Shown in pieces: positions 19,636 through 29,470 of a stretch of 64,000 nt of DNA. This DNA is from Candidatus Nomurabacteria bacterium RIFCSPLOWO2_01_FULL_39_18 (GTDB lineage: Bacteria; Patescibacteriota; Minisyncoccia; Phycocordibacterales; UBA9973): contig MFUV01000010.1 in NCBI GenBank assembly GCA_001787005.1, positions 73,955 through 137,954 of the forward strand, in the 5' to 3' direction. The position numbers and the translations under genes were made by a program. The first letter of the stretch is position 1. Each line of letters opens with the position of its first letter. The notes under the pieces were generated by a model, which worked only from the letters and a program-made list of their open reading frames with translations, did not search any database and was not told the origin of the DNA.

Positions 19636-20301
19636 ATGAGAAATATAAAAATAGCACCCGGAGAATATTATCATATTCTTAATCGTGGAATGAGTAAGCA
19701 ACTAATTTTTCATGACAATAGAGATAGAACAAGATTCCTCTTTCTAATTTTATACTTTCAATCCCCTGTTACAATTCAAAATATACATCGTCCAGTAAAG
19801 TCATTTGTTGAACACTCGGTGTTTAACATTGATAAAGAGATTGAGCAAGAAATTGTTACAAGGAAGTTCGTAGAACTCGTCTCCTTTTGCTTAATGCCAA
19901 ATCATTTTCACTTAATCGTCAAAGAAATCGAGGAAAATGGTATGGCTAGATACATGCAAAGAGTCTTGAATGGTTATACCAAATACTGTAATACAAAATA
20001 CAATAAATCGGGACATCTTTTTCAGGGACCATATAAAGCAGTACATATAAGGAGTAACGAGCAACTTTTATATTTATCTTCATATGTCCACAGGAATCCG
20101 AGAGAACTGAAAGAGTGGTTAAATAAAGAAAGTAGTTATCCATGGTCAAGTTACCAAGATTTTATAAAGAAGAATAGGTTTAAAGAATTACTTGTTCTTG
20201 ATATAATCAGTGGACAATTCAAAAATAAAGACAAGTATAATAAATTTATAAAGGAGAGTACGGCAAAATTATTAAAGGAAGAACTGGATTGGATAGACTA
20301 G
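19636..20301 (+). CDS. REP-associated tyrosine transposase (Y1/IS200-like HUH), RAYT1
   Basis: YHILNRG, CLMPNHFHL (HUH), LFQGPYK, YVHRNP, YPWSSY; flanked by REPs. Confidence 0.92.
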   Translation: MRNIKIAPGEYYHILNRGMSKQLIFHDNRDRTRFLFLILYFQSPVTIQNIHRPVKSFVEHSVFNIDKEIEQEIVTRKFVELVSFCLMPNHFHLIVKEIEENGMARYMQRVLNGYTKYCNTKYNKSGHLFQGPYKAVHIRSNEQLLYLSSYVHRNPRELKEWLNKESSYPWSSYQDFIKKNRFKELLVLDIISGQFKNKDKYNKFIKESTAKLLKEELDWID

Positions 20302-20305
20302 TAAG

Positions 20306-20349
20306 TGTTCAGTGTTCAACACCGAGTGTTGAACACTCGGTGTTGAACA
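20306..20349. repeat. REP family A inverted doublet downstream of RAYT1
   Basis: TGTTCAACACCGAGTGTTGAACACTCGGTGTTGAACA. Confidence 0.9.
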
Positions 20350-20353
20350 ATAT

Positions 20354-20427
20354 GCGGGATTAGTTTAGTGGCAGAATGAGTCCTTCCCAAGGATTAGACG
20401 GGGTTTCGATTACCCCATCCCGCACCA
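20354..20427 (+). tRNA. tRNA-Gly(CCC)
   Basis: GCGGGAT/ATCCCGC acceptor plus ACCA, AGTCC-TTCCCAA-GGATT. Confidence 0.93.
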
Positions 20428-20428
20428 G

Positions 20429-20803
20429 CTACTTAAATAAATTCCTAAAAAAATTAAAGAACCCACCAGAAGATTCATCCTCTACTTCCACCTTCTCTTT
20501 ATCTTCCACCACTACGATCAGACCCTCTCCTTCCTTCGCCAAACCAAATTTATCCCGAATATTCTCCTCAATCCCGCTCTCTGTCTCTAGTCTGGCTATA
20601 TCGGATGAGAGTTTTGCTTTTTCCCCCTCTAGCTCTGCCACTTTATTCCCTATTATTTTTCTATTTTCCCTTGTTGTTCTCATCTTAACCGTCAGGTCAA
20701 TGACCCCCCAGGCAAAAATCAATACCAAAATCCCCAGAAATAACAAAACTGGCCACGATTCCATGATATTTCTCCATCCTCTCTTTTGTTGAAAACTTCT
20801 CAT
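20429..20803 (-). CDS. Septum formation initiator (FtsB/DivIC-like)
   Basis: TM plus coiled coil plus IEENIRDKFGLAKEGE. Confidence 0.8.
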   Translation of the reverse strand: MRSFQQKRGWRNIMESWPVLLFLGILVLIFAWGVIDLTVKMRTTRENRKIIGNKVAELEGEKAKLSSDIARLETESGIEENIRDKFGLAKEGEGLIVVVEDKEKVEVEDESSGGFFNFFRNLFK

Positions 20804-20823
20804 GATATGTTATATTACCATAT

Positions 20824-20937
20824 ATGCTTTTCAATAAAAAACATCAAAAAAAGATACAGGTGATTTGGGCGGTCGTGAGTATTCTGATTATCGTTAGCAT
20901 GATTTTGCTGTATTCGCCGATTTTTAGACTGGGATAA
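20824..20937 (+). CDS. 37-aa small membrane protein (below ORF-track cutoff)
   Basis: MLFNKKHQKKIQVIWAVVSILIIVSMILLYSPIFRLG: basic N-terminus plus one TM. Confidence 0.6.
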   Translation: MLFNKKHQKKIQVIWAVVSILIIVSMILLYSPIFRLG

Positions 20938-20971
20938 AACTCGTCGCAGGCGTACTTCCAAGAAAGAGTTT

Positions 20972-22843
20972 TTATTCCACGCTTTTCATCATTTTCAAAA
21001 ATACATCTTGGGGGATGTTCACTCGCCCCCTTTCCTTCATTTTCTTTTTGCCCTTCTTTTGCTTCTCACGAAGTTTCATTTTGCGAGTGATGTCTCCGCC
21101 ATACATGTGCTGAGTAACATCCTTCTTCATGCCAGAGAGAGTGCGTGATGAGATGATGCGCCCTAGCGCACGACCTTGAATTTTCAAAGTGAACATTTGC
21201 CGTGGAAGCAGGCTCTCTAATTTAAGAACAGTTTTTTCAGCTTCAATTTCCACTCTTTTCCTGGAAACCACCTTAGAAAAAGCAGGAACTACTTCATCGG
21301 CAACCAGCACATCAAGTCTAGTAACATTCGCCATCCTCATATCATCTATCTGGTAAGAGATGGAACCATAGCCAGATGATGCGCTTTTCAATTCATCGAA
21401 AAAGTTGCGCATCAGCTCGCGAAGCGGCATTTTCACGGACAAAATAAAACGATTGCCTGCCTGCGCCCCGCCTGCGCGGGCAGGAGACAGGTCGCCGAAG
21501 TTTTCTGTCTCTCCAATCTCGGCTTCGTGGTCAAATAAAATTTGCATAATAGAACCCAGATATTTTGCAGGAGTTATGATCTTAGCTACCACCCACGGTT
21601 CAAAAACAGTTTCAATATTACTATCGTCTGGGAAAAAATATGGAGAATACACTTTTTCCTTTTTACTATTCTTCATTAACACTTCATAGGTGATAGACGG
21701 AGTGGTAATGATTAATTCTAAATTAAATTCCCGCCTTAACCTCTCGGTAATAATCTCCAAATGTAACATTCCCAAAAATCCGCACCGGAAACCGCGACCA
21801 AGAGAGCCGGAAGACTCTTCTTCATAAGAAAAAGCCGAATCTGAGAGTTTAAGCTTTCCAAGGGCTAATTTAAGTTCGGCAAAATCGTCTGCGTCTTCGG
21901 GAAAAACTGAAGCCCAGACCACGGGCATCGGCTGCATATAGCCAGGCAGAGCCGGCAAGGGATTTCTAAGCATCGTAATGGTATCTCCGACAGATGCAAT
22001 TCCGGGTTTCTTAATACCGGTAACAATGTATCCTGTATCACCGGCAGAAAGATGCTCCCGCGGAGTTTCTTCGGGCGAGAAAGTGCCCACCTCGAGAGAG
22101 TTGAATTTCTCGCCCGATATTGCAAAAACTAAATTTTCGCCTTTCTTGATTTTGCCGTCAAGCACTCGTATAAAAACAATTACCCCCCTATGATTGGAAT
22201 ATTTGAAATCAAAGACAAGAGCGCGCAAGCTGTCATCCCCTTTATACGTTTCTTTGGGCTCTGGAACGCGTTTGATTATCTCCTGTAAGAGATTCTCCAC
22301 TCCCTCGCCCGTACGGCCAGAAACCAATAGTATTTCTTCGGGATCACAATTTAAAAGCTTTATAACTTCTTCTCTAACTTCGGATACCCTAGCAAGTGGT
22401 GAATCAATCTTCGAAAGCACAGGAATGATTTGCCTGCCTCCTTCTTTGCCCCCCTCGCGCGCCATATTGAGCGTAGTCAGCGTTTGAGCCTGCACACCCT
22501 GAGTGGAGTCGACTAGTAAAATAGAGCCTTCTACGGCCTTTAGAGCGCGAGAAACTTCATAAGAAAAATCTATGTGCCCAGGGGTATCAATCAGGTTCAG
22601 TACATACTTAGTGGTCGAAGCACCACTTGGTGCTTCGACCACTAAGTCATATTCCATCCTGACTGGCTGCATTTTGATGGTGATCCCCCGCTCGCGCTCA
22701 AGCTCCATGACGTCGAGCACTTGCTCTCTCATTTTGCGAGTCTCGATGGTATGAGTAATCTCGAGCATTCTGTCCGCCAAGGTGCTCTTGCCATGATCAA
22801 TGTGCGCGATGATTGAAAAGTTTCGTATGTGTTTTAAATCCAT
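20972..22843 (-). CDS. lepA: Elongation factor 4
   Basis: IRNFSIIAHIDHGKSTLADR, DTPGH, GFRCGFLGMLH, YGGDITRK; two palindromic inserts. Confidence 0.96.
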   Translation of the reverse strand: MDLKHIRNFSIIAHIDHGKSTLADRMLEITHTIETRKMREQVLDVMELERERGITIKMQPVRMEYDLVVEAPSGASTTKYVLNLIDTPGHIDFSYEVSRALKAVEGSILLVDSTQGVQAQTLTTLNMAREGGKEGGRQIIPVLSKIDSPLARVSEVREEVIKLLNCDPEEILLVSGRTGEGVENLLQEIIKRVPEPKETYKGDDSLRALVFDFKYSNHRGVIVFIRVLDGKIKKGENLVFAISGEKFNSLEVGTFSPEETPREHLSAGDTGYIVTGIKKPGIASVGDTITMLRNPLPALPGYMQPMPVVWASVFPEDADDFAELKLALGKLKLSDSAFSYEEESSGSLGRGFRCGFLGMLHLEIITERLRREFNLELIITTPSITYEVLMKNSKKEKVYSPYFFPDDSNIETVFEPWVVAKIITPAKYLGSIMQILFDHEAEIGETENFGDLSPARAGGAQAGNRFILSVKMPLRELMRNFFDELKSASSGYGSISYQIDDMRMANVTRLDVLVADEVVPAFSKVVSRKRVEIEAEKTVLKLESLLPRQMFTLKIQGRALGRIISSRTLSGMKKDVTQHMYGGDITRKMKLREKQKKGKKKMKERGRVNIPQDVFLKMMKSVE

Positions 22844-22852
22844 TTTTTTGTG

Positions 22853-22873
22853 TGTCAAAGAGACACTTTGACA
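22853..22873. repeat. Short palindrome TGTCAAAG-AGACA-CTTTGACA
   Basis: Perfect 8-bp arms in the ABC-lepA gap; shares TGTCAA..TTGACA ends with 31277-31297. Confidence 0.6.
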
Positions 22874-24637
22874 TTATTCCAAAAATCCTCCAGTTTGGTG
22901 GCTCCAAAGTTCCGCATACACACCATTTTTCCCCAATAATTCTTTATGTGTTCCCCCCTCCACAATTTTCCCCTTGTCTAATACAATAATTCTATCCATT
23001 TTTTGAATAGTGGAAAGTCGGTGAGCAATGACTATCGTGGTTTTCCCTTTCATTAATTCACCGAAGGCTTCTTGAATAAAAGATTCGCTGACGCTATCAA
23101 GTGAACTTGTGGCTTCATCAAGCATCAGTATTGGAGAGTTTTTCAGCATCGCCCGAGCTATCGCCACCCTTTGTCGTTCCCCACCTGAGAGCTTAACTCC
23201 CCGTTCACCAACAAGCGTATCATAACCATGGGGCAGTTTAGAAACGAAGTCATTAGCATGAGCCTTTTTTGCAACGACGATAATTTCTTCATCGCTTGCA
23301 TTCGGCTTGCCGTATGAAATATTCTCTCTAATTGGTCGATGAAAAAGTATCGGCTCCTGCGGAACATACGATATGACACTGCGCAAGTCATCTTGAGTAA
23401 TGTTCCTAATGTCTTGACCATCGATGGTAATCTGTCCAGAAGTCACGTCGTTAAACCGTAAAAGAAGTTTGGTGATAGTAGATTTGCCTGCGCCCGAATG
23501 CCCGACAATACCCACTCGCTCTCCGGATCTAATGTCGAGATTAAAATCTGATAAAACTTCTTGACTCATGTCGTACTTGAAAGAAACATTTTGAAAAACA
23601 ATATTACCTTCTTTTATTTTGAGAATTTCAGGATTTTTGGGATCCAATATATCCGGTGTTATCTCGAAGATATCAACCATTTCTTTCATATCAGAAGCCG
23701 ATTTCATAAATCTAGTCAAAGAATTGCCAAATTCCCATAAATCATTAGAAACCATCACCATGTATGTTTCAATAAGCACGATTGTTCCAGTAGAAATCTT
23801 ACCCTGGAGCCATAGCATTATCATAAGATAAAGGGTGACGCTTTGAACGATTATGATCAGAATGTGCTGGATGAGATCTATTTTGCCTCCCATAAACCAA
23901 GCCTTTTTACTCCTCTTCGCTCCCTCATCAGCATATTTACCAAAAGAAACTATTTCCTGGTTGCGAGCAGAGAAAAATTTTACCGCTAGGATATTAGAAA
24001 AAACATCCGCCAGCCGCCCGCTTATCCTTGAATCTTGCTCGGCTTCAGAGAGATCATAGGCGACTTTTCTTTTGACAAAAAATGATACTATCGTAACATG
24101 TACGACTATCCAGATGCCAAAAACTAAGCTGATGACGGGAGACTGGTAAATAAGCACCGCGAATACGCCTGCCAGAATTACAAAAAATTTTAAAAAGCTG
24201 TAGAGAAATATGTCGAATGTAATTTCGAAGCCTCCAATAAAACGCCTAGCTTTTGTCACTAAGCTTCCGGCAAAAGTATTAGCGAAAAAAGTTTGCGAAT
24301 TCTGCTCAATTTTCTGAAAAGTGTAATTACGAAGGTCACGGATAACATTAACACTAAATTGCAATATGGTAAATTTTACAGTTCTGGCTACAAATAAAAC
24401 AAAAATATGTATTCCAATAATAATAAAAAATAATTGAAAAATGTCTTGCGTTGTCGTCGCCAGATCTCCAATTCCCGTCGTAAAAATATCGATAATTTTC
24501 TTAAAATAGAGTGGAACTACGATTCTGTCTAGAAATGTCCTCAAGCTGAAGCCTACCAGAATAAAGAAAAAAACCCACTTCCGTTTGCGCATTTGGGGCC
24601 ACACATATTTCAATATTCTGGAAAAAAACGAAAACAT
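22874..24637 (-). CDS. ABC exporter, fused permease/ATPase
   Basis: GHSGAGKST, LSGGERQR, LMLDEATS; N-terminal TMs. Confidence 0.93.
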   Translation of the reverse strand: MFSFFSRILKYVWPQMRKRKWVFFFILVGFSLRTFLDRIVVPLYFKKIIDIFTTGIGDLATTTQDIFQLFFIIIGIHIFVLFVARTVKFTILQFSVNVIRDLRNYTFQKIEQNSQTFFANTFAGSLVTKARRFIGGFEITFDIFLYSFLKFFVILAGVFAVLIYQSPVISLVFGIWIVVHVTIVSFFVKRKVAYDLSEAEQDSRISGRLADVFSNILAVKFFSARNQEIVSFGKYADEGAKRSKKAWFMGGKIDLIQHILIIIVQSVTLYLMIMLWLQGKISTGTIVLIETYMVMVSNDLWEFGNSLTRFMKSASDMKEMVDIFEITPDILDPKNPEILKIKEGNIVFQNVSFKYDMSQEVLSDFNLDIRSGERVGIVGHSGAGKSTITKLLLRFNDVTSGQITIDGQDIRNITQDDLRSVISYVPQEPILFHRPIRENISYGKPNASDEEIIVVAKKAHANDFVSKLPHGYDTLVGERGVKLSGGERQRVAIARAMLKNSPILMLDEATSSLDSVSESFIQEAFGELMKGKTTIVIAHRLSTIQKMDRIIVLDKGKIVEGGTHKELLGKNGVYAELWSHQTGGFLE

Positions 24638-24787
24638 CTCGCCATTTTACCAGAAAAAACCTATATTTCAAAGTCTTTTGGGATTTTTGATTTTGGCACA
24701 AAAAAATTGTACTAAACCACGCTATAGCGTATTTTTGTACAATAACCTAAATAACCCATTGATTTGATAGCTGATAAATTAATAAAA

Positions 24788-26467
24788 TCAAAGCCCTTCT
24801 TGAGGAGGTGCGACGACTTTTGCCCTCCAGAATTTGGTTTTGAAAGTTTTTATTATTTCTTTCAATTCTTCATTTCCCAGAAGATGCAAGACCAAAATTG
24901 CCGCCCAAATACCCAGGATGCCAGAGATAAAGCCCTGCAGAAAAACTCCCCAGAATGTGGTGGTGCCAAAAATTGGTGAAAATATATTCAAAGATAGATA
25001 CGCCACAAGTCCCAGAAAAAATGCGGCGCCCAAACTTTGGAAAAAAGTCTTGGTAATGAAGGAATCCCCTTTCATAAAGTCACGCCTCACGAAAAACCAA
25101 AGAATAATTGAATTCAAAATGGTGCCGGAAGAATACGCAAGCGGAAGCATTAATACTTCTGTGCCGGGAATATCCGTGACCTTCAGCATCGACTCAATAA
25201 AATAATGAAAGATTGGAATATTTTTAAATATATATATAAATAAATAAGATAAAATTATAATAAAAATGGAACAGAAGAAATTAGTCGAAAGCGGCCTTCT
25301 GGTATTGCCCTTGGCATAGTAAGCTCGAGACAAAAGAGCAATCATTCCTTGAGCAACAACTGAAATAGAAAAGATGGCGAGCGATGCTGCTACTAGACGG
25401 GTATTTTCCCAAGAAAAAGATCCAGAACCAAGGATTACTCGAACGATCTGCGCTCGAACCACAATAAACAGAAATACTACGGGGAGCGACCAAAACACGA
25501 TGGCACGCGCGGCTTCTTTAAGATGACTTTTAAATTCATCCATTTTTCCAAGAGAGATAGACTTCGCCAGGGTGGGAAAGGCAGCCACTGCATAGGATAT
25601 ACCGATGATGTTAAGAGGCACCGATTGAAGATTGAAGGAAAGGTTGAATATTGAAATGGAACCACTCTCTAGATATGAAGCAAGGGCGATGATAGAAATC
25701 AAAGCCACGTTGTTAAAAGCCAGGCCTAGGGTACGAGGTAGTGAAGTCATCGCTACTTGTTTGACATCTTTAAAATTAATAGGAAAAGAAAATTTAAACG
25801 TAAACCCGAGAGTTTTGGATGCGAATGTTTGAACCAAAAAATGCATCAAGGCACCCAGGACTACCCCCATGGCCAACCCATAAATACCAAAGCGGGGATA
25901 GAAAAATATAACACCAGAAATAATCCCCAAATTATAAAAAACCGGACTTAAGGAATAAATAAAAAACTTCCGAAAAAGCTGGGTAAGGCTCCCAAAAAGA
26001 TTCGAAAGTCCCATTAAAATAGGTGAGAGCAACATTATGCGCGAAAGCATAACTACTTTTGTTTGCATTATCGCAGTAAAACCCGGCGCAATGAAAGACA
26101 CTAAATATGGCATTAGTAAATAGGCTATTAGGGAAACGAGTATCATTACAAGAAAAAAAACAGTAAAAACATTACTTAAGAATTTGCGCGCTTCTTCGCT
26201 TATTTTTTCGCCTGGTATTTTTGACGCTATAAATGGTATTAGCACTGTGACAGAAACCAGAGAAGCAATAGATATGAAGATGAGATCAGGAATTCTAAAC
26301 GCCGCATAATAGGCATCTAGCGTCGCCCCCGGCCCGATGAAGTGCGCAAAAGCGCGGTCACGAAATAACGCCAAAATTTGCGAAAGAAAAGCAAAAGACC
26401 CCAGAAGAAGCGCCGCTTGATTTATGTTCACATATTCCTTGCTGAAAATTTTAAAAATCCTATCCAT
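24788..26467 (-). CDS. murJ: Lipid II flippase MurJ
   Basis: LALFRDR, DAYYAAFRIPD, AAFPTL, SRAYYA.GNTRRP. Confidence 0.9.
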   Translation of the reverse strand: MDRIFKIFSKEYVNINQAALLLGSFAFLSQILALFRDRAFAHFIGPGATLDAYYAAFRIPDLIFISIASLVSVTVLIPFIASKIPGEKISEEARKFLSNVFTVFFLVMILVSLIAYLLMPYLVSFIAPGFTAIMQTKVVMLSRIMLLSPILMGLSNLFGSLTQLFRKFFIYSLSPVFYNLGIISGVIFFYPRFGIYGLAMGVVLGALMHFLVQTFASKTLGFTFKFSFPINFKDVKQVAMTSLPRTLGLAFNNVALISIIALASYLESGSISIFNLSFNLQSVPLNIIGISYAVAAFPTLAKSISLGKMDEFKSHLKEAARAIVFWSLPVVFLFIVVRAQIVRVILGSGSFSWENTRLVAASLAIFSISVVAQGMIALLSRAYYAKGNTRRPLSTNFFCSIFIIILSYLFIYIFKNIPIFHYFIESMLKVTDIPGTEVLMLPLAYSSGTILNSIILWFFVRRDFMKGDSFITKTFFQSLGAAFFLGLVAYLSLNIFSPIFGTTTFWGVFLQGFISGILGIWAAILVLHLLGNEELKEIIKTFKTKFWRAKVVAPPQEGL

Positions 26468-26471
26468 CCCG

Positions 26472-29390
26472 TTACATTACTATGTTGATCAATCTATTTT
26501 TTATATAAATAAATTTTTTAATTTCTTTGCCCGCTGTATGCCTTGCGATAACCTCGTTGGCAAGAGATTTTTTTTTTACACTTTCTTCATTTTCGTCTGC
26601 CTGTACCATAATCTCCGCCCTGACTTTGCCATTTATCTGCACAACAATTTTGACCTCATCATCTTTAATTTTTTCCTTATCATATTCCGGCCATGAAGAG
26701 AGATGAACGGATTTCTTTTCTCCAAGCATACTCCAAAGCTCTTCAGTGATATGCGGCGCAAAAGGAGAAAGAATCTGTAGAAACTTCTTGAGGTCTTCTA
26801 GGCTGACGCCGCTCTTTTCCATTTCATTTAGAAGTATCATAAGTGAGGACACTGCAGTATTAAAGCGCATACTATCAATGTCTTCACTGACTTTCTTGAT
26901 GGTTTTATGAAGAAGTTTTGCAAGCGAAGCCGGAGAAGATTTCTGAGTCGCGTAAGTCCCACCCGGTACTCCGGGAAGGGTAAAGCGCGAAGAAATCTTC
27001 TCCGGCGAAGCTATTTTATGTCCAATCTTCCAAACTCTTTCTATAAACCTCCTCGGCCCCATTAGGCTGTCTGTGCTCCATGACACTGATTGATCAAATG
27101 GCCCCATAAACATTTCATATAAGCGGAGTGTATCCGCGCCGTATGTAGAAACTATACTATCTGGATTTATAATATTTCCAAACCTTTTCGACATTTTCCT
27201 GCCATCGGAAGCAATAATCAGCCCTACGTGTTGAAGTTTCTTAAAAGGCTCTTTGTTCACCACCACGCCTATGTCGTAAAGGAATTTGTGCCAGAACCTC
27301 GCATATATCAAGTGTCTGGTCGCATGTTCTGCTCCGCCAACATATAAATCCACCTCATTCCAATATTTTTCTATATTTTTATCCACCAGAGCTTTGTTAT
27401 TGTCTGGGTCCATGTAGCGAAGATAGTACCAAGAAGAACCGGCCCATTGGGGCATAGTATTGCTCTCTCTTCTTAAAACTTTTTGGCCAACTTTCACATT
27501 TATCCAGTTTGGCACGTTCGCTAAAGGCGATTCTGCGGTTCCAGTCGGCTTATAAGACTTAACTTTTGGCAATTTCACTGGCAAATCTTTTTCTTTAACT
27601 GGGATAACTTTAGTGCCGTCGCGCAAAACCGGTATCGGTTCGCCCCAATAACGTTGGCGAGAAAATACCCAGTCGTGAAGTTTGTAAGTTACTTTTCTAT
27701 AACCAAATCCTTTTTTCACAATGTAATCAATGATATCTTCGCGTACTTCCCCCCATTCCCTGCCCTTGAATTCTACTGGTTCGGTAAGAATGCCATTTTT
27801 GATGATTGGTTGATTAATTCCGAGATACCTCTTCCAAATCACTTTCATATCTTCTCTGCTTACAAAATCCAAAACTTCTTTTTCGGAAACCCAATGCATA
27901 TCGTAAAAATCTTTTTGTTTCTGTTCTATCTCTCCTTGTTCATTGTTTTGGAGTTTAAAGTAAAGAGGAGTAAAATGCGCAAAACGGTTTTGCTTTTTTA
28001 TATCCTGCCAAAATTTGGAATGAACTACCCCACCTAATTGTTTTACAAATTTTATATTTTTATATCCCGTTTCTTCAGTTATCTCTCGGATTCCGGTTTC
28101 AACTGGATCTTCCCCATCTTCCACCCCTCCTACTACAAAACCCCGCCAATCTGTATTTTTTACGCTATGACAAAGAAATTTATTCTCTGACCAGTGCTTG
28201 ATAATGCAAACAACTGCATTTCTTTCGATAAAAGGTTCGCTCTCTCTCGCCTTATCTAAGCCTTCACTTCTCACCACCAAGGGCTCGACAACTTCTCGAA
28301 GAGGAATGTTATATTTTTTCGCGAAGGCAAAATCTCGCTCGTCATGCACACTTGAATTAACAATACCCGTCCCATAGTCCGCAATAACAAAAGTTGCAAT
28401 CCAAACAGGCAAATCGCCTGTGCCGAAAGGATTGTCCACATATCGCCCAGTAAAAATTCCTTCAATTTCTTTTTCTGTTTCAAACCCTTTTTTTATTTTT
28501 CTTTGTTTGAATTTCTCAACAAAATCTAAAACGGGTTCCTCATATTTTGTTCTCTTTATTAACTTTTTTACCAACGGATGCTCCGGCGCAATAACACAAA
28601 AGGTCTGTGCCATGAAAGTTTGCGGAATAGAATCATAGGCTTCAATTTTAATTCCTAAGTCCTTTACCTTCTGTTTGTACATGATGCCCTCGCTTCGTCC
28701 GATCCAATTTCTTTGACTTTCCTTTATGGATTCCGGCCAGTCTAGGGCGTCTAAATCCGCCAAGAGTCTGTCAGCATAGTCAGTAATCTTCAAAACCCAT
28801 TGGCGAATAGGCTTTTTTTCAACGACGGCTCCGCACCTTTCGCACTTTCCGTCTTCCACATCTTCATTGGCCAGGATAGTCATATCCCTAGGACACCAAT
28901 TCACCGGTTCGTTAGACTCATAAGCAAATCCACGTTCTAGCAATTTTAAAAATATCCACTGAGTCCATTTGTAAAATTTCGGATCTGAAGTATTCACCTC
29001 TCGAGACCAATCATAATCAAATCCGATAATTTCTAATTGTTTTTTAAATCGAGCAATATTTTTTGCCACCGACACGACGGGATTGGTTTTTGTTTTAATG
29101 GCATAATTTTCAGTAGGCAATCCGAAAGAATCAAACCCCATGGGGTGCAGAACATTAAACCCCTGCATTCTTTTTTTCCTAGAGACTACGTCTGTGGCAA
29201 TGTAGCCCTTCGGATGGCCAACATGGATGCCTTCCCCCGAGACATAGGGAAACATATCTAAAATATAGAATTTCCCTTGCCCCGCCGTAGCTTTATGCGA
29301 AGGTGGGTTTTTTGTTTGGTAGATTTTTTTCTTAGCCCATTCTTTCTGCCATTTTTTCTCAATCTTCTTGTGGTCGTATTCCTTCTTCAT
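26472..29390 (-). CDS. leuS: Leucine--tRNA ligase with inserted Nudix domain
   Basis: DMFPYVSG..HVGH, SRQRYWG, KMSKR; Nudix box GGVEDGEDPVETGIREITEETGY. Confidence 0.96.
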   Translation of the reverse strand: MKKEYDHKKIEKKWQKEWAKKKIYQTKNPPSHKATAGQGKFYILDMFPYVSGEGIHVGHPKGYIATDVVSRKKRMQGFNVLHPMGFDSFGLPTENYAIKTKTNPVVSVAKNIARFKKQLEIIGFDYDWSREVNTSDPKFYKWTQWIFLKLLERGFAYESNEPVNWCPRDMTILANEDVEDGKCERCGAVVEKKPIRQWVLKITDYADRLLADLDALDWPESIKESQRNWIGRSEGIMYKQKVKDLGIKIEAYDSIPQTFMAQTFCVIAPEHPLVKKLIKRTKYEEPVLDFVEKFKQRKIKKGFETEKEIEGIFTGRYVDNPFGTGDLPVWIATFVIADYGTGIVNSSVHDERDFAFAKKYNIPLREVVEPLVVRSEGLDKARESEPFIERNAVVCIIKHWSENKFLCHSVKNTDWRGFVVGGVEDGEDPVETGIREITEETGYKNIKFVKQLGGVVHSKFWQDIKKQNRFAHFTPLYFKLQNNEQGEIEQKQKDFYDMHWVSEKEVLDFVSREDMKVIWKRYLGINQPIIKNGILTEPVEFKGREWGEVREDIIDYIVKKGFGYRKVTYKLHDWVFSRQRYWGEPIPVLRDGTKVIPVKEKDLPVKLPKVKSYKPTGTAESPLANVPNWINVKVGQKVLRRESNTMPQWAGSSWYYLRYMDPDNNKALVDKNIEKYWNEVDLYVGGAEHATRHLIYARFWHKFLYDIGVVVNKEPFKKLQHVGLIIASDGRKMSKRFGNIINPDSIVSTYGADTLRLYEMFMGPFDQSVSWSTDSLMGPRRFIERVWKIGHKIASPEKISSRFTLPGVPGGTYATQKSSPASLAKLLHKTIKKVSEDIDSMRFNTAVSSLMILLNEMEKSGVSLEDLKKFLQILSPFAPHITEELWSMLGEKKSVHLSSWPEYDKEKIKDDEVKIVVQINGKVRAEIMVQADENEESVKKKSLANEVIARHTAGKEIKKFIYIKNRLINIVM

Positions 29391-29470
29391 CCCGTTTAGA
29401 AGCAGGTCGCGGTCAAACCGTAACTACTTAATTTAGTCTTATAATTTTTGCGACCGCGGCTTCTAACGGG
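29391..29470. mobile_element. MITE-like hairpin element at the leuS start codon
   Basis: Minus strand ATGAGT-CCCGTTAGAAGCCGCGGTCGC...GACCGCGACCTGCTTCTAAACGGG-ATGAAG. Confidence 0.75.

Noticed and set aside
19126-20349. TGTTGAACA repeats as a CRISPR array
   Set aside because: Irregular spacing, inverted orientations, no unique ~30-nt spacers and no cas genes; explained as REPs
20376-20792. 138-aa plus-strand ORF and the many other antisense or nested ORFs in the track
   Set aside because: Shadows of well-supported genes or tRNAs; no motifs
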